Shown: positions 19,931 through 34,530, counted from the stretch's first letter. The stretch is 64,000 bases of DNA from Eledone cirrhosa (GCA_964016885.1 CAXHJY010000320.1:34367-98366); one strand, 5' to 3'. Numbers and translations are program-made. Notes: generated by a model not told the origin, from the sequence alone.

Positions 19931-21638
19931 GGGAGGGGGTGGGGCATATAGTCTATATGCTTCAGCTTGTACCCATGGGAAGTCGGGTCTTCTGTATTAC
20001 TGTGTGACACCAGAGGATATATATATAAAACTCATGCCAGCATGGGAAGTAGCTGTAAGATGATGGTGTGTATGGTGGGGGGTTTACATAACTGAAATCA
20101 ATTATTATCATCATTTTATGCCTACTTCCCATGCTGGTATGGGTTAAAAAGTTTATCACAGCCTGAGACTAGATAGATCAGAGCAACCAATCTTGGTTGT
20201 TACATTTTATATTTGGCATGATTTCTACAATGCTAGTTACCTTACAGAGCATACTGGGCGCATTTTTTTCATGACACTAATACTATTAGCTAACAAAATA
20301 TATTGGTGTATTTTTCAAGACACCAGCACTACCACTTTACAGACTGGACTGAGTGTATTTTATCGTGGAACCAACACTAACATTTTACAGAGTGTATTGG
20401 CCAGACTGAAGAGTCCTCTCAAACCTTACATTGTCTACCATTGATTGCTAAACACTATAACTTATGGTCTCTCACAATGTTTACTTTTAGTAAAAGAATA
20501 AAATAATATAAGAAATATTTGTAGCAGCTTGAGTAAACAAAGCTGTCTGGTTTAACTTTCCGATGAGCTAACCTTGCAGTCATCCAGCAAATCACAATAG
20601 AAATTGCTGAGTAGAAAGAATTCATAAAAGGATTAACAGGCATACTATAAAACTATAGTCTAAATTGGACATGAAACTCCAGCTAGTATTTCATCTTAAG
20701 TATTATACTTTAAGTAGATAACAGGATAATTTCACTTATTATTAAACAACAATTAACACTATGCACCTAAATGCAACAGGCTTATAGAATAATAGGAAAA
20801 TATGCTCTTGCTCAACATCTCAGAAAATAAGTACATGTTCTTTTATTATCACCACCACTATCACCATCATTACCATCATCAGCACCACCATCACCATCAT
20901 TAGTATTACTTCCTCCATCATTATTACCATCACTAAAATTACTAGCATTAGACTACTACCACCATCCCCATCAAAATGACCATCATTAGCACTACCACCA
21001 CCATCAACATTATCATCAACACATTTCCTAGACTCAATCTTCACAGCTTCAAATTGACAGTAACAGAACAGAATATGTAGATTATTAAAAATTTTTAGGA
21101 GTCACCATTGATCAGAATCTTAAACAGAAACCACATATTGATCTAACCTACAGTCATTTACTCAGTACTATTGATATCTCATCACCATCATCATCCTTAT
21201 AGTTTTCACATCCAACTTTCCATGCTGAAAATATGGGTAGAGAAGATTTTTCAGTCATATTAAGGATATAACAACTTCCTTAATGCCAGTGTTCTCATAA
21301 AATGCTCCCAGTTCACAGAATGTATTGAGTAAAGAGGACACTGCTCCAATTAAGTACCGACTTGGTCTCTAACAACCCATCCAACCCATGTTAGCTTGGA
21401 AAAGCAGACATAAAATGATGACGATGATAACAATGACAATAATGATGACAATGATGATACCTTGATGTAAATAAATAGAGATAGTGAATAACAGAATAGA
21501 AGAATTTCAGCAAACAACTTAATGAAATAAACTGAGGGAGCACTTAAATGGTCTCCCAACTTGCTAGAGTTAGCAACCAAATCTCCCTCAAATCACACCA
21601 TATCTTAAATAAAAGAGGAGAAATTGGATAATGTAGAC

Positions 21639-21805
21639 CAGTAGTTCCCAAAGTGGGTTCCACAAATGAATGTCTGGGGTTCCATGAAGAAAGGTAGAGG
21701 AGTATATTTATATTACGACCATATAACAGTATTAGACTTTGGGATTGCCTCAAAAATTTCTGAACCAAAAAGGCTTCTACGTTTGAAAAAGTTTGGGAAA
21801 CCCTG
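21639..21805. mobile_element. hAT-type MITE
   Basis: TIRs CAGTAGTTCCCAAA / TTTGGGAAACCCTG; perfect 8-bp TSD ATGTAGAC. Confidence 0.85.
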
Positions 21806-21929
21806 ATGTAGACTGATACACAAAAAGACAATGGCCATGTTAGTCATAAACCTGCTCAATCAGAGCTAACAACTAAACTACAACAACAACGATATAAATC
21901 AGTCAATATTTAAATGTTCCAGCTTTTTA

Positions 21930-22080
21930 TGTTCCGAGTTCAAATCTCACCAAGGTAAACTTTGCCTTTCATCCTTACCAGATCAATAAAATAAAGTAAT
22001 AGTCAAGTACCAGCATCAATATAATCAACTTTCCCCTTCCCTCAAAACTGCTGGTCTTGTTCCTATATTAGAAACCATTA
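21930..22080 (+). mobile_element. tRNA-derived SINE (Meta-like), partial
   Basis: GAGTTCAAATCTC..CTTTGCCTTTCATCC..AATAAAGTA. Confidence 0.7.
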
Positions 22081-23419
22081 TCTAAAGAAGACAATATCAT
22101 AACTATTTTGTTAACTTACAGTGTGCAATTTAAATATTTCTATATATGTATCTTTTTTTAAAAAACTATTTAGTTACAGAAGGGCAATGTCAATGAGCTT
22201 TTGCAGGGCCTTCAACTCTAGTGGGAAGGGCAGTTCCCATAAGATTTTTCAAAGCTTCCAAAACTGGTGAGAAGAGTGAAGGAAGTTATTATAAAAAAAT
22301 GATCTGACCTAAATTCTTGCAGCTGTGTACAGCAAATCATGCTTGTCTCATTTCTCTTCAACCTCTGTAAAACACCTCGTGTTTTACTACCCTGTAGCAC
22401 CAAACATGCACATACATACATTTTTACTTTTTCTTGTATGATATAAATCTGGTGAGTGGGACTGAGTGTAGGTTTATGAATTGCTTTTGTTAGCATTGAA
22501 CTGATGTAAATTTGTTTACATTCAGGTTAAGGCAACTGACAGTCTTAATTTTGTATGTCATACCTCAATCCCATGTGGACTGATTTCCCCATAGACAGAC
22601 TGACATAAAGGTCTCCCAGTGGGATCAACTGTTATTGCATTTGCTTGAGTCCATAGATAGCAATGGATTGGTGTAAATTTGTTTATGTTGATGTTGAAGC
22701 CATTGACAATCTTAGTTACATATATGCTGAAACTGTGTCATTGATAATTTGAAGGTTTATTGGGAAATTAAATCAAATCTGATCCATGTTTATCAATATT
22801 TGGCTGTGATGCATATTTGCAATCTAACATCTCAGTGTACAATTCGACATGTGACAAATGATTCATCATATAATTTCAAACTGTTAATTAATTTTGATAA
22901 TTTCATGTTCTAACTGATAAAAATTAAACTGGCATGTCACAAAAAATCTTATTTTCAAAAAGTATGTATGTTGCTAATGTGAAAAGTTTGAAAACCTCTG
23001 GTTTATACAATCTTCCTTTCAAACACTGTAATTCTTTGTTGCTAACGGAGGTACAAATACTACACATAATAACTAGGTCATACTCCTATTTTTATAATCT
23101 ATTATGAACTTTAAAAAAAATTCAAATAATAACAAAATTTATACAAATTAAAGAAAAAATTGAGTAAAAAATAACAGGTGGGGGTAAATAACCTTTAATA
23201 AAGGTGAAATTGTTATTTATTTGAGCAAAGATAAATGACTTGAAGAAGGTAGAGTTAAATGGCAGTAATAGTCAACCTTTGGTTATCAAACAGTGAAGGT
23301 TAGAAATAAATATGTAATCGGTTGCTAAGCTATTAAATTAAAATAATTTGTTAAAATTGAATGTATATTAACTCATATGTATCATAAACATATGGTCTCA
23401 CTGTAGATTGAGAAATCAT

Positions 23420-24185
23420 GAAAATATTACCAACAGGTGTATGCTTGTTGTGTAGACCTTGAAAAGGCATATGACCATGTTCCACGGGACCTGTTGTGGA
23501 AGGTTCTGCAGGAGTATGGGATTGATGGATAGCTTCTTGCTGCCCTGATATCTCTGTATAAATGCCCTTGTATTTGTGTTCAGATAGATGGTGCTAAGTA
23601 GAAACCATTCAATGTGGGTGTTAGACTATTCCAAGGGTGCATACTGTCACCTCTCCTGTTCATTATCTTCATAAACAGGATTGGCATGTGCAACCAGGTT
23701 GGAAGTGGTATCAAGACTAGTGGATGTAGGATCAGTTGTATGGAATTTGCAGACAACATGGTGTTACTTAACTTGTCAGAAGGTGATTTCCAACATGCAC
23801 TTGATAGGTTCGTCTCAGTGCTGCATGGCAGGTATGAAGAAAATCAGTACTGCAAAGACTGATTCACTAATCCTCTCAAGAAAGCCTGTGCAGTGCACTC
23901 TACATATGAGTGGAGTTTCACAAAAGCAGGTGTAGAAGTATCTTGGGGCCATATTCATGAGTGATGGAAGGCAGAGGCTAAATTAAGTGCAAGAATTGCA
24001 GGAGATGGTGCAGTAATGTGCCAGCTTCAGCATTCGGCAATGATAAGAAGGAAGGTAGGTAGGTGAAAAGGCCAACTCACTATCTTCAATTCAGTATTTG
24101 TGCCAACACTTACCTATGGTTATGAATCTTGAGTAATGACTGAAAAAATACGGTTGCAAATGCAAGCAACCAAAAGTGGGTTTTA
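23420..24185 (+). pseudogene. Decayed RTE (Rex3/Expander-like) RT fragment
   Basis: VDLEKAYDHVPRDLLWKVLQEYGIDG, FQGCILSPLLF, FADN; many stops. Confidence 0.8.
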
Positions 24186-24501
24186 TTAATACACAAAAAA
24201 TGTGTATTAATAAAAACTCATAGCTGAAGAATTGTAATTAAAAGAAACCATATTCAAAGTATGTTTGTGTGTGGGGTGCACCAGTGTAAAATGGTACATT
24301 GAGTTGCATCAACTTTTACCAAAAAGTAACTGAGCCATTTGTTGAATAGAGATCCATAAAATACCAAACTGAAGTACTGTGGTCAATATAGCAAGATAGT
24401 GCTCCAGCATGGCCACAAGCCAATAACTGAAACCAGTAAGAGAATAACAGAATATAAAATTAAGACATGGAATATGAACCCATGAAAAATATATTTCCAA
24501 C

Positions 24502-25668
24502 TATATGAGTTCTATAAAAAAATAGCAAACTTCCTTTTTCTTGTAAGAAAGTATGCAGAGTGGAGCTGCACAAATTCACACACATGCATGATTTTTCATG
24601 AGCTCGCTGGATGTGTCAGTCACTGCCAAACAACCCAAGCTGTTCTACTTGTCACATTTTCATTTTGCTAAAAGCTTGGAGACATCTAAGCGGAAACAGT
24701 TCATAAAATTCAACAAACTTTTGGTGACCATGTCATGGGTGTTATCCAAATAAAAGAATGTTACAACAGGTTCAAAGATGGTTACACATTGGTGGAGAGT
24801 AACTAGCATTCCAGGAGGCTGTCAACAAGTCACAATACAGTTGTTATCAAGAGAGTGCAGAACTTGATAAAGGAGGATTGTCATTTGACTGTGCTGGAAA
24901 TGAGTGCATATGCCATTCTAAAGGAAGATTTGGGCATGCACAGGGTATCAGTGAATTTTGTAGCCAACTGGTTTCTCAGGAACAACAATAACTTTGTTTT
25001 GAGGTTGCACAGGATATGCTGAATGCTGTTAACATGGAACCTGAATTCTTGTATACCATAATAATTGAAGATGAGATGAGGATGTATGGGCATGACCCAG
25101 AAACCAAAACTCAATGAAAGCAATGTTGTCAAGGCTCAAAACAAGTACATCAAGTGTAGAGCAAAATCAAGGTGATGCTGACTGATTTTTTTCTTCAACT
25201 ATTGAGGCATTATGCATCATGAAATATGCTCCAGAAAGATAAACACTTAATGAGAAATACTATCAAGAAGTCCTCTGACATCTTTGTGATGCTGTTTGAT
25301 GCAAGAAACCAGATCTGTAGGTCTGGCAAAACTCACAGCTGTATCATAACAGCACCCCTGCTTATTCGTCACAGCTGATTCCAAGTTTCTTAGCAAAGAA
25401 AAGCATTAACTCATTCACAATGCACTCTACTCTTCTGACATTTGGTTGTTTTCAAAAATGAAGATGATGCTAAAAGGCTCTCACTTTGAGAGTTGAGAGT
25501 CACTCTAGAAGAAACATTCCAGACATGCTTTGAACAGTAGGAGGATCACTGGGCTAAATGTGTGGAGGCACAAGGGGCTTACTTTGAAGGGGATTAGCAG
25601 TTGAACCCCACCAAGTACATAATATTTTTCCCCAGCCTAAGGTTGGATAAACTTTTGTCAAAATACTT
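24502..25668 (+). pseudogene. Decayed mariner transposon
   Basis: Remnants ILKEDLGM, EDE..YGHDPETK, SKIKVML, HNSTPAYS, LYSSD, CVEAQGAYFEGD*. Confidence 0.8.
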
Positions 25669-26039
25669 TAATTTTATAATGACCTACAAACAAAAACATT
25701 TAATTTTATTCATTATTTTTCTTTATTTTATATTTTATTTTTCCACAAATATCAAATTAACTCAATTAGCTATTCTTATTACTATAAAAATATTTTTCTT
25801 AAATCAACAATTATTATTTACTGAAAGTCACTAAAGTAAGTCTAATCTTTCAACTCTTGACATAAAAACAATCCAACTCCAGACATTCAAAAATAATAAT
25901 CTATATTTATTTTTAAGTTTTAATGTGAATACCCACATGTTTGTACAGGAAGTGTGTGCTAGTTAAAAACTGTAGCAGATCCTATGTCTTACAACAGTCA
26001 AATATTGGAGATATAACATTACATTTATGATAAAGATAT

Positions 26040-26365
26040 GTTCAATACTAAAAGTTAGATTTGGGCAGAGAATGCAGATGTATGAAGGTTAGAAAGAAAT
26101 GAGGTTAGCATGCTCTGTTAGATGTATAATGTCAGTGTGCATGAACAATGAAGCACAGAAGAACTGAAAGAAAAACTAGATGTGGCATGTATAAATGATG
26201 ATTGCTAGGTGAAGAATGAGCAGAAGTTTCAAGTGGTTGCAGAAGAGTAAGACTGGACAGAAATGTTGAGAGCTGATCTCAAATCACTAAACCTCATAGA
26301 GGAGATGGACAAATACATGTGGTGAAAATCACTGCTGGACAAGACTCATCCAACCCATGTTAGCC
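26040..26365 (+). pseudogene. Decayed RTE 3' fragment
   Basis: RRLERNEVSML-like remnant and KTHPT end. Confidence 0.5.
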
Positions 26366-27403
26366 TTTGGTAAATAACTAAAGTACTGAATTTGAGGAAG
26401 AATTTTTGTTACCATTTAGTCAGAGGAATGGGCAATTCCTATGATCTTTTTCAGGGCCTTCAAGACTGTTAAGAGAATAGTATTCTCAAACCAAAGAACT
26501 AGCATAAATGCATGAAACAAAGTAAGCTCTGCTAAAGAACCCAAGGGTATAACTGTGGATTTAAAGTAAGTGATAAAGTAAGTCTGTCTCCCATGTAGGC
26601 TACAGCAAAATTTGAACTTAGAACACAAAGAGTCAGAACAAAGGCATCTCATTCCCACCAATCCACCTCACTCGACTGAGTAATTGAAATAAATGAAAAA
26701 TTAAACAGAACAATTTTAAGTGAAAATTATAAATATTTATAGAATATAGTACAGATATTTTTGTATTTCATCCTTACCAGATTTCATTTTAAAACAGAAA
26801 TAGATCAGATATAATATAAATATAAATTGATATTATTATTATACAACAATCTATTTGAAATAGCTTTGTGAAGTGACTAGTATGTTGGCAAGCAACTGAT
26901 GCATAACATTCCTTACTTTCAGGTTTATATTAGTTTATTTGAAGTTTTTGTTTTTGCTTTTTCAACATATTAAAGGGTCTGATGATTGAACAGAGAAAAA
27001 TGTAAGGTGAAGAAAATCCTTTTGTTCTGTCATGGATATAATCTTTCTAGTGACTGTGCCATAATAAAACACATTTGTAAAGTGGTTGGTGTAAAAAAAA
27101 AACCATACCAAAAATATTAAAATGTCTGAGATATAGTCAATGAGGATACTATGAGTAAGAACTGACTCAGGCAATGATGATCCATTCAACTCATGCCAGC
27201 ACAGAAAGCAAATGTAAAATGGGGATGTTGATGATGATGGCGTAAATTCAAAGAGGCTGGGCAATACCCATGATTTTCGCAAGCTCTCAGACTTGTGAGG
27301 CAGATGTTTAACTTGAATTTCTACAGAGTGATACATTTACATAGTAAATCTACACTAAAATTCTGCTCCTATAAAAGATTGCTGCTACTACCAATAAACA
27401 TAC

Positions 27404-27497
27404 CTGACCATATCCAAAATAATGACATTTCAGTTGATTAATAAACATTCCATTAGCAATCACTTTTTTGTCTCTTCTACTGTTATTATAATGGATT
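27404..27497 (-). other. Candidate internal exon (94 nt) of an unidentified minus-strand transcript
   Basis: Acceptor gctttctttcAG, donor CAG|gtatgt; one open frame IHYNNSRRDKKVIANGMFINQLKCHYFGYGQ. Confidence 0.35.
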
Positions 27498-27533
27498 CTG
27501 AAAGAAAGCATTATAATGGATTCTGTTCTAAGC

Positions 27534-27790
27534 CAGGAGTTTTCAAACTTTAGTGGGTTACCAATAACCTCTAGGTGTGTGATGAAATTAAATCAAATCT
27601 GAATATTTTACAAATATTTGGCTGTGAAGTATAGATTTAAGATTTGACAACTCTACATACAATTAAACAGATGACTGGTAAACTATTTAATTGTTTATAT
27701 ATTAATTTTGTGTCACTAACAAAACTTAATGTGTCATGTAACATTTTAAAAAAATGTGTGTTGCCAGTGTAAAAAGTTTGGAAAGTTCTG
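27534..27790. mobile_element. hAT-like MITE, degenerate
   Basis: CAGGAGTTTTCAAACTTT...AAAGTTTGGAAAGTTCTG; related sequence at ~22760-23000. Confidence 0.55.
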
Positions 27791-29210
27791 GTTTAAACAA
27801 GTACATATGTCTCAAGCTAATATCACCTGTCAAGCTGACCAAATTCACATGAATCTTCTTCTAATGTCATCTTGTTCTTCCTCAAACTTCACCCTAAACA
27901 CTTTTTCCAATCCTTTCTTCCCAAGACTGTATCTCTCTGAACTCCCTCCCAACCCATATTTTATTCTATAAACATCAACCTAGAGAAGTTCAAGTTGAAT
28001 ATCAACCATGTTGACGTCATCAGTCTGGGACAGTCTGCAAATGTCATTCATGGCCACCACCAGCCAGCACCCACCCTCTTCCAACTTAATATTTAAAAAA
28101 AAAAAATAACTCCTTTTTGACAGAAAAAAAATTCACCGACCAATATTAGAATTTAATTCCAGAGTTGTATGACATAACCATCATCATCATCATCATTTTA
28201 TGTTCGGTTTCCCTGCTAGCAAAGATTGTACAAGTTTGGCAAGTGACTTGATAAAACTGAAGCAATTATATTGTGGAAGAGTCATTTTAGTTGTTATATT
28301 CACTTTATATTTCTTTTGAAATTAATGAAAAGTTTATATAAAAGTTTTTCTTTTTTTAAATTTTTTTTTATTTTCTGTAATTGGAAATTTAATTCAAGAC
28401 ACAACTGTCTAAAACACAACAGCAATCATGGTTTTTCACATATCTTCACTCCCCAATTCCCCACAAACTGTGAAATAGTTTCAAAATTGCAATGCCAGAT
28501 ATATTTTAGACATGAGAAGTTAATCGGATGTAAATTATTATCTTGCTAGATTAATGATATAAATTTTCAAACTAAATATTAATTTGTGGCTGACTACCAA
28601 CAATTTCTTCATATCTAGATTGATCTTCACAACTGAGTATTACACTACTACATGTATATATAATGTATATCACCATCATCATTTAATGTCTGGTTTTCCT
28701 GCTAGCATAGGTTGAATGAGTCATCACAGACCAAGTCAGTACTTAGAGCTACTGACCTCTCAGTCGGGCCAGGGTCTGCATCTTATTTACATAAATTTCC
28801 ACACTCTACAGAGTTTACTAGATATGTTTTATCATGGCTCTAGCACTAGGGATTTTTGTCATATCTTTAACATAACTGAATAGTCCTTCTGACTCTTTGT
28901 TTAGCAAGTTTACTAGAACTGAATGCCCTTTCCTATCACCAACCACTTTACAGAGTGTACAGTGCGCATTTTATTGTGGCACCAACACTAGAGTGTGTCA
29001 GTTAATGACACTACTTAAAAGTCCTCTCAACCCTTTTGACATGCTTTATACAGCTGGATGCCATTCCTAACACCAACCAATTTACAGAGTGTACTGGGTG
29101 TTTTTATCATGACACCAGCACTAGGCAGGTTGTCAGTCATATGCTTGACTGAAAAGCCCACGCTATCCCATGGGTGGGGGTTACTTGTACAGAAGAGTTC
29201 TGTGGGAGAT

Positions 29211-29278
<68 letters not shown>

Positions 29279-29279
<1 letters not shown>

Positions 29280-29490
29280 AGAGTTAAACAAGATTCAATG
29301 AATACACCAAAGAATGAGTTTTACAATAGATTGGAAGCACTCTACAAAAAATATTTTCCAGAGTTTCAAAATATTAACAAAATAGATATTCTTGTGATCA
29401 ATTATATTTTATTATACATATTTCAGTACCTCTGAAATATGTATAATAAAATATAATTGATCAAAATAGATATTTTGTTAATATTTTGAA
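29279..29490 (-). mobile_element. Fold-back pLTR-like element, same family as 36650-37050
   Basis: Homologous to 36885-37050; inverted arms 29365-29426 / 29432-29490. Confidence 0.75.
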
Positions 29491-29525
<35 letters not shown>

Positions 29526-29527
<2 letters not shown>

Positions 29528-30135
29528 CGTTTCTGAATTTGTTTAGCAAGATTCTTTATCTGAAATCGTGTGTTGAAACCGATATTGTTATACTTTGGGA
29601 GGGTCATGTTGCCAATAAGAAACACACGCACCAGTTGCTTTCACTTCAATTTATTATATATTTATAAATTTATAAATTTACAAATCTACAAACTTATAAA
29701 TTTCTGGTTGGTTGGTTCCACAACCAGATAGTTGTTTATATATATAGTCATAGTCCTTTCGTCACACACTCTGTGACCTCTTCAGTGACTGGGGATTCCT
29801 TTCTTCGTTTCTGTGCCTTTTCTTTCTTCTATCCTACGCCATTTTGTTTCTGTGTGTGTGTTGTGTGCTCAGTTTGCGCATGTGCCACATCCGGGTGTCT
29901 GTGTGTGTTTGTGTTCATTTTTCTATTTGTTTATTTATTTATTGTTGGTTGGTTGTTTGTTCTATGTGTGTGTGTGTTTTCATTTTGTCCTGTGTGTGTT
30001 TTCTGTTTGTGTGTGTTTTCAATTGTAAGTTGTTTGTTCTATGTGTGTGTTTTCATTTTGTCCTTAATTGTAAGTTGTGATGTTGCTGTTCCACTCATAT
30101 TTTCTATTTAATTTTGGTTTTGGTTTTGGTTTTAG
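29526..30135 (-). mobile_element. Penelope-like 3'UTR/pLTR with hammerhead and ORF-start tail
   Basis: AC-rich segment, hammerhead at 29746-29790, then ATG at 29607 reading [27 protein letters not shown]. Confidence 0.6.
29746..29790 (-). ncRNA. Minimal type I hammerhead motif
   Basis: agtca-CTGAAGA-g-gtcaca gagtg tgtgac-GAAA-ggac-TA-tgact. Confidence 0.72.
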
Positions 30136-30196
30136 TTTATATATATATCAAATAAGAGTAGTTAAGGCAGAGTTATTTCACAATGGTTACTTTATT

Positions 30197-30247
30197 GCAT
30201 GATATATATTTCTGTTACATGGTTGTGCATGTGACTTCATCAGATGC
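30197..30247 (-). ncRNA. Minimal type I hammerhead motif followed by AATAAA
   Basis: gcat-CTGATGA-agtcacatg cacaac catgtaaca-GAAA-tatata-TC-atgc. Confidence 0.78.
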
Positions 30248-30879
30248 TTATGCAATCATAGGTGTAGTTTTGCAATCATGTCACTGGTCATGAATTACCA
30301 TCCAGTTGTGATGCCAGCAGACATATGAAATTCTTTTCTTATTAAGTTCTAGTAGCACTAGAATTTGGTGCTAGTTTCATGGTGATACATAAAACCAGTA
30401 CACCAGGAGATTAATGATGATGGTGACGTTAGAGTGGACATAAAAATGACGATGGTATATACCTACCTTACTTGTACAATATACACTACTTCTTAAAAAC
30501 GCAACTCTACCTCACAAATCCTGACTTGAACTATCAGTCTATTATTATAAAATTTTTATTATCACAAAATGATTTATTTTAAATTTTAATTTTACTCAAT
30601 ACCATTATCCTTATGTCTACTATCCATGTTGACATGGGTTGGATGAGTTGCTATGGCCCTGGTCAAATCTTATTCAGAGTTACTGCCCTTATAGATGGGT
30701 CAGAGTTGATATTTATTTCACTGATCTTCACCTATTGAACTACTGAGTTATGGGATATAAACCCAAACACACTTGTTTGTTCATTCTAAACAACCTTGTT
30801 CTTTGGCGAGATTGAAACTATGTAACTACCACTTGCTGGGAAACTGCTGTCTTAAATATTATATAGAAAAGAGCAGTGG

Positions 30880-31380
30880 GTTGGTAGAATTAGTGGAGCA
30901 TTAGATAAAATGGCAGTGCAGTGTTTATTCTGAGTTCAAATCCTACCTTTCATCCTTCTGGAGTACCAGTTAAGTATTGGGGTTGATTTTATAAACTTTG
31001 CTCTTCCCACAAATTATGCCTTATGTATAAATTAGAAATCAATATCATAAAGACAAACAACAACAGCAGCAGCAGATGTTTGGGGTACATGACACAGACA
31101 GAACTTGGTAAGATGGTTCTTTGAAACCACATAAAATTTGCATAAAATTGGTAGAGTTGTTAGGGCATGTGGTTAAATATTTTACATTATATGTTCTGAA
31201 TCCTTATACTCTGAGTTCAAATCCACTGAGGTCAACTTTACTTTTCAGGTTCAGTAAAATAAAGTACCAGCCCATAGTGGTAAATTGAGAGAATTGTGGG
31301 AGCATCAAATGAACTGCTTTGTGGTATCTGTTCTGGCACTTTGCAATGTAAGTTCAAATTCTGCTGAGGGGTTCAAATGC
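30880..31380 (+). mobile_element. Three tandem degenerate tRNA-derived SINE pieces
   Basis: Repeated GGTAGAATT..(G)AGTTCAAAT..AGTACCAG. Confidence 0.6.
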
Positions 31381-33419
31381 CATTCAATGTCTAAGATTAA
31401 TCACCAAACCCCAGAACCACAACTGATTTTGGAAGTTGCAATGAGTGGAAGAGGATACTGCAGTTGAACAATGATGATGATGATGGTTAAAGTTACACGC
31501 CCTGTAAAACTGGTTGCTGATATGAAGTCTGCTAATTTAGCTCTACTGATGAGAGAGAGAGAGAGAGGGGGGGAGAGAAACATCTGGCAGATTTGGTTCA
31601 AATAATTCTTTGGCACTGATAATTCTTTAGGAGAGGAAGCACATGCAAGCATGTATGGTATTTGTATGTATGTGATTGCATATGTGTGTGTGTGATAAGC
31701 AGAGTGTAATTAGATAAAGATATTTATATTAGAATTTTAGTTTGGTTAAAGTTAGAGTTAGAGTTTAGCTGGGCAGCTGGTTGGTGGTTGGATGACAGGC
31801 TGATTTGTTGGTCAGTTGTTTAGTTGGTTGATTGGTTGACTGGATTTTGAAGTCAGAATACAGATAACCAGGACAAATACCACAAAACTAACAACTCAGT
31901 CAATTTGCCACATTTTGAAATACCATATCATCATCATTTAACATCCATTTTCCCTACTAGCAAGGGTTGGACAAATGATCACAGTTCAAGTCAGTACTGG
32001 ATGGATGGATTGTTGTATTCTGAGACAGGACAGGTCAGATGACCACATCTTACTCATGTTCCTGTTTAGCATGGGTACTATGGCTGGATGCTCTTCTTAT
32101 TACACACCACTTTACAGCTTCTACTGGGTGCATAATTTTATGCATGAACCTTTTGTTAACACAAGATAAATAATGATAAAGTTAGTTATATTACTAAATA
32201 CCTCCAAATTATTGATTATTTTCAAAATGATTTGAAAATCAGAGTGTCTTTCATTAGAAATATGGTAACAAAAGGGTTAATAGTAATGTACAGTAGGTCA
32301 CTTACAAATAGTACAATAAAAAAACAACAACATTGGTTTCTTGTTATAGTTATTTTAGAATTGGTGGCAGTCATATTGGAACTGAAAACTTATCTTTCAT
32401 GATACGAAGAATGGAAAGTCATAGCTATTAACCCTTTTGATACCAAACTGCCTGAAACCGCTCCTGATTCTATGATAGTGAACTTTTTTTATTTTAAGGT
32501 TTTTGTATTTAACTGAACACCTGCCATCATGATTTTATTTATGAATGTTTGTTAAATAATATTCAAAACATCTTAATAATGAGAAAGCTATCTATATTAC
32601 TAAAGCCTTCCAAATCCATGATAATTTGAAAATTAATTGAAATTCATAGACAGTGTTTTTCATAAGAAATATAGTAATAAAAAGGTAAATTGACAGCTAT
32701 GGAAATAACATGAGTGAATTGAAAATACTGGATCGTTTCTGGTGAGAAAATTAAGACACCAGTCATAGTAAGAATAACAATGATTAAGTGTTGATTTAGT
32801 TTATAAATAGGTCAATAATAGGTTGGAAGTATTTAAAGAAAATCAATGACTGATTAGAAAAATACAATAGAAATGACCATTAGAACAGCTACTATCTTGT
32901 TTACCTGTTGGTTGTAATTTCTAAAGAGGATAGCAATGGCCATAACTTATAAAAACACCTCTAAGATTATAAGCATGTTAGAAATTGGTGAGATTGGTGT
33001 AATTATGGATCTTAAATAATGTGGGTCATGAAAGATTTGTGTATGAGGGAGAGAGGTGGGGGAGAGATGTAAACCAGTTAGTTGCTCAGCTATTCAGTAC
33101 AAATCATGTTCACTTATTGTAAATTTAACCCATTTACCAACTGAAACCAACTCTGGTTCTATGATACAAAACAGGAAGTTGTGAAGAGAAACATTTTGAA
33201 TGAAGCAAATAACTAGAAAAAACATTGCTGAGGTTTTGATAATAGAAGATTATATTTAGAATAGTACAACTGTTTATATAATCAACAAACCGTACCACCC
33301 CTGATTATCTTCATGTATTCATCAATGTCATGTCTCCATCTCTTTTTCTGTTTGCCCCTCCCTCTTAATCCCTTGTGTGGAATCAACTCCATCGTTCTTG
33401 TTGTTCATCTATTCTCTCC

Positions 33420-34024
33420 TCTTGTGGTTAAATATCTTGCTATTTCCTGAGGTATATCTCTAACTCCTGCCTTCTTCCTCCATGTTTCTACTTGTTCTCT
33501 CTTCTGATTAAATGTCCTGCCATCACCCCTGGTTAAATATCCTGTCCACCTCCCTGGCTCAATATTCTGTCCACCTCCCTGGTTAAATACCCTGATCATA
33601 TCCCTGGTTAAATACCCCGACCACATCCCTGGTTAAATATCCCGACCACATCCCTGGTTAAATACCTTGACTACATCCCTGGTTAAATATCTTGACTACA
33701 TCCCTAGTTAAATATCCTGACTACATCCCTGGTTATATACCCTCTCTACCTTCCTGGCTAAATATCCTGCCAATCTCCCTGGTTAAATACCCTGTCCACC
33801 TTCCTGGTTCAATATCCTGTCCTCCTCCCTAGCTCAATATCCTGTCCTCCTCCCTAGCTCAATATCCTGTCCACTTCATTGGCTCATATTTCTTGCCAAT
33901 TTCCCTGGCTATATGCCCCGCCAACTTCCCTGGTTAAATATCCAGTCCACCTCCCTGGCTAAATGTCCTGTCCCCATTGCTTGTGCTATTTCCTGAGGTA
34001 TATTTCTAACTTCTGTCTTCCTCC
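33420..34024. repeat. ~25-bp minisatellite TCCCTGGTTAAATATCCTGACCACA
   Basis: Roughly 18 degenerate units flanked by a duplicated GCTATTTCCTGAGGTATAT block. Confidence 0.85.
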
Positions 34025-34056
34025 TTCTGACCACTTGATACCTAATCAATGCTTAC

Positions 34057-34166
34057 CACTGAAATCTCTTCTAAGACAAAGTCTGTTTTTTTATGGCTGG
34101 CTTGCAATAATTTCTTTTTGTTGATCACTAAACGGGAATTTCTCATTGAATTATATTGAATGGAAA
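34057..34166 (-). other. Candidate exon (110 nt) with ATG at 34146: MRNSRLVINKKKLLQASHKKTDFVLEEISV
   Basis: Long poly-T plus gtaatcAG acceptor; GTG|gtaagc donor; one open frame. Confidence 0.4.
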
Positions 34167-34219
34167 CTGATTACAAAAAAAAAAAAAAAAAAAAAAAAAA
34201 AAGAAGACTATTTCAAAAA

Positions 34220-34498
34220 CAGTGAGATAGTGAGAACTAGAGATGGTGAGAGATATAGTGAAAAGAAATATAGTGAGGAAGAGAGTGGAAGAGAGATATG
34301 GTGAGAAAGAGAACGATAGTGAGAGAAAGATAGAGAAACAGTGAGAAAGAGAAAGTGAAATATAATGTCAAAAAGAGATAGATGGATAGATAGATAGAGT
34401 GAGAAAGAGGGAGGTAGAGTGAGGAAGAGAGGGATAGAGATCGAAATTATTAAATATAATTATTCAGGAAAACGACAAAAATCAAGATTGATTAACAC

Positions 34499-34530
<32 letters not shown>

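Noticed and set aside
31401-31652. Possible exon/ORF next to a GA tract
   Set aside because: Candidate acceptors lead to early stops and there is no convincing donor
33420-34024. Regular ~25-bp repeats resembling a CRISPR array
   Set aside because: Head-to-tail degenerate units without unique spacers, no cas genes, eukaryotic context
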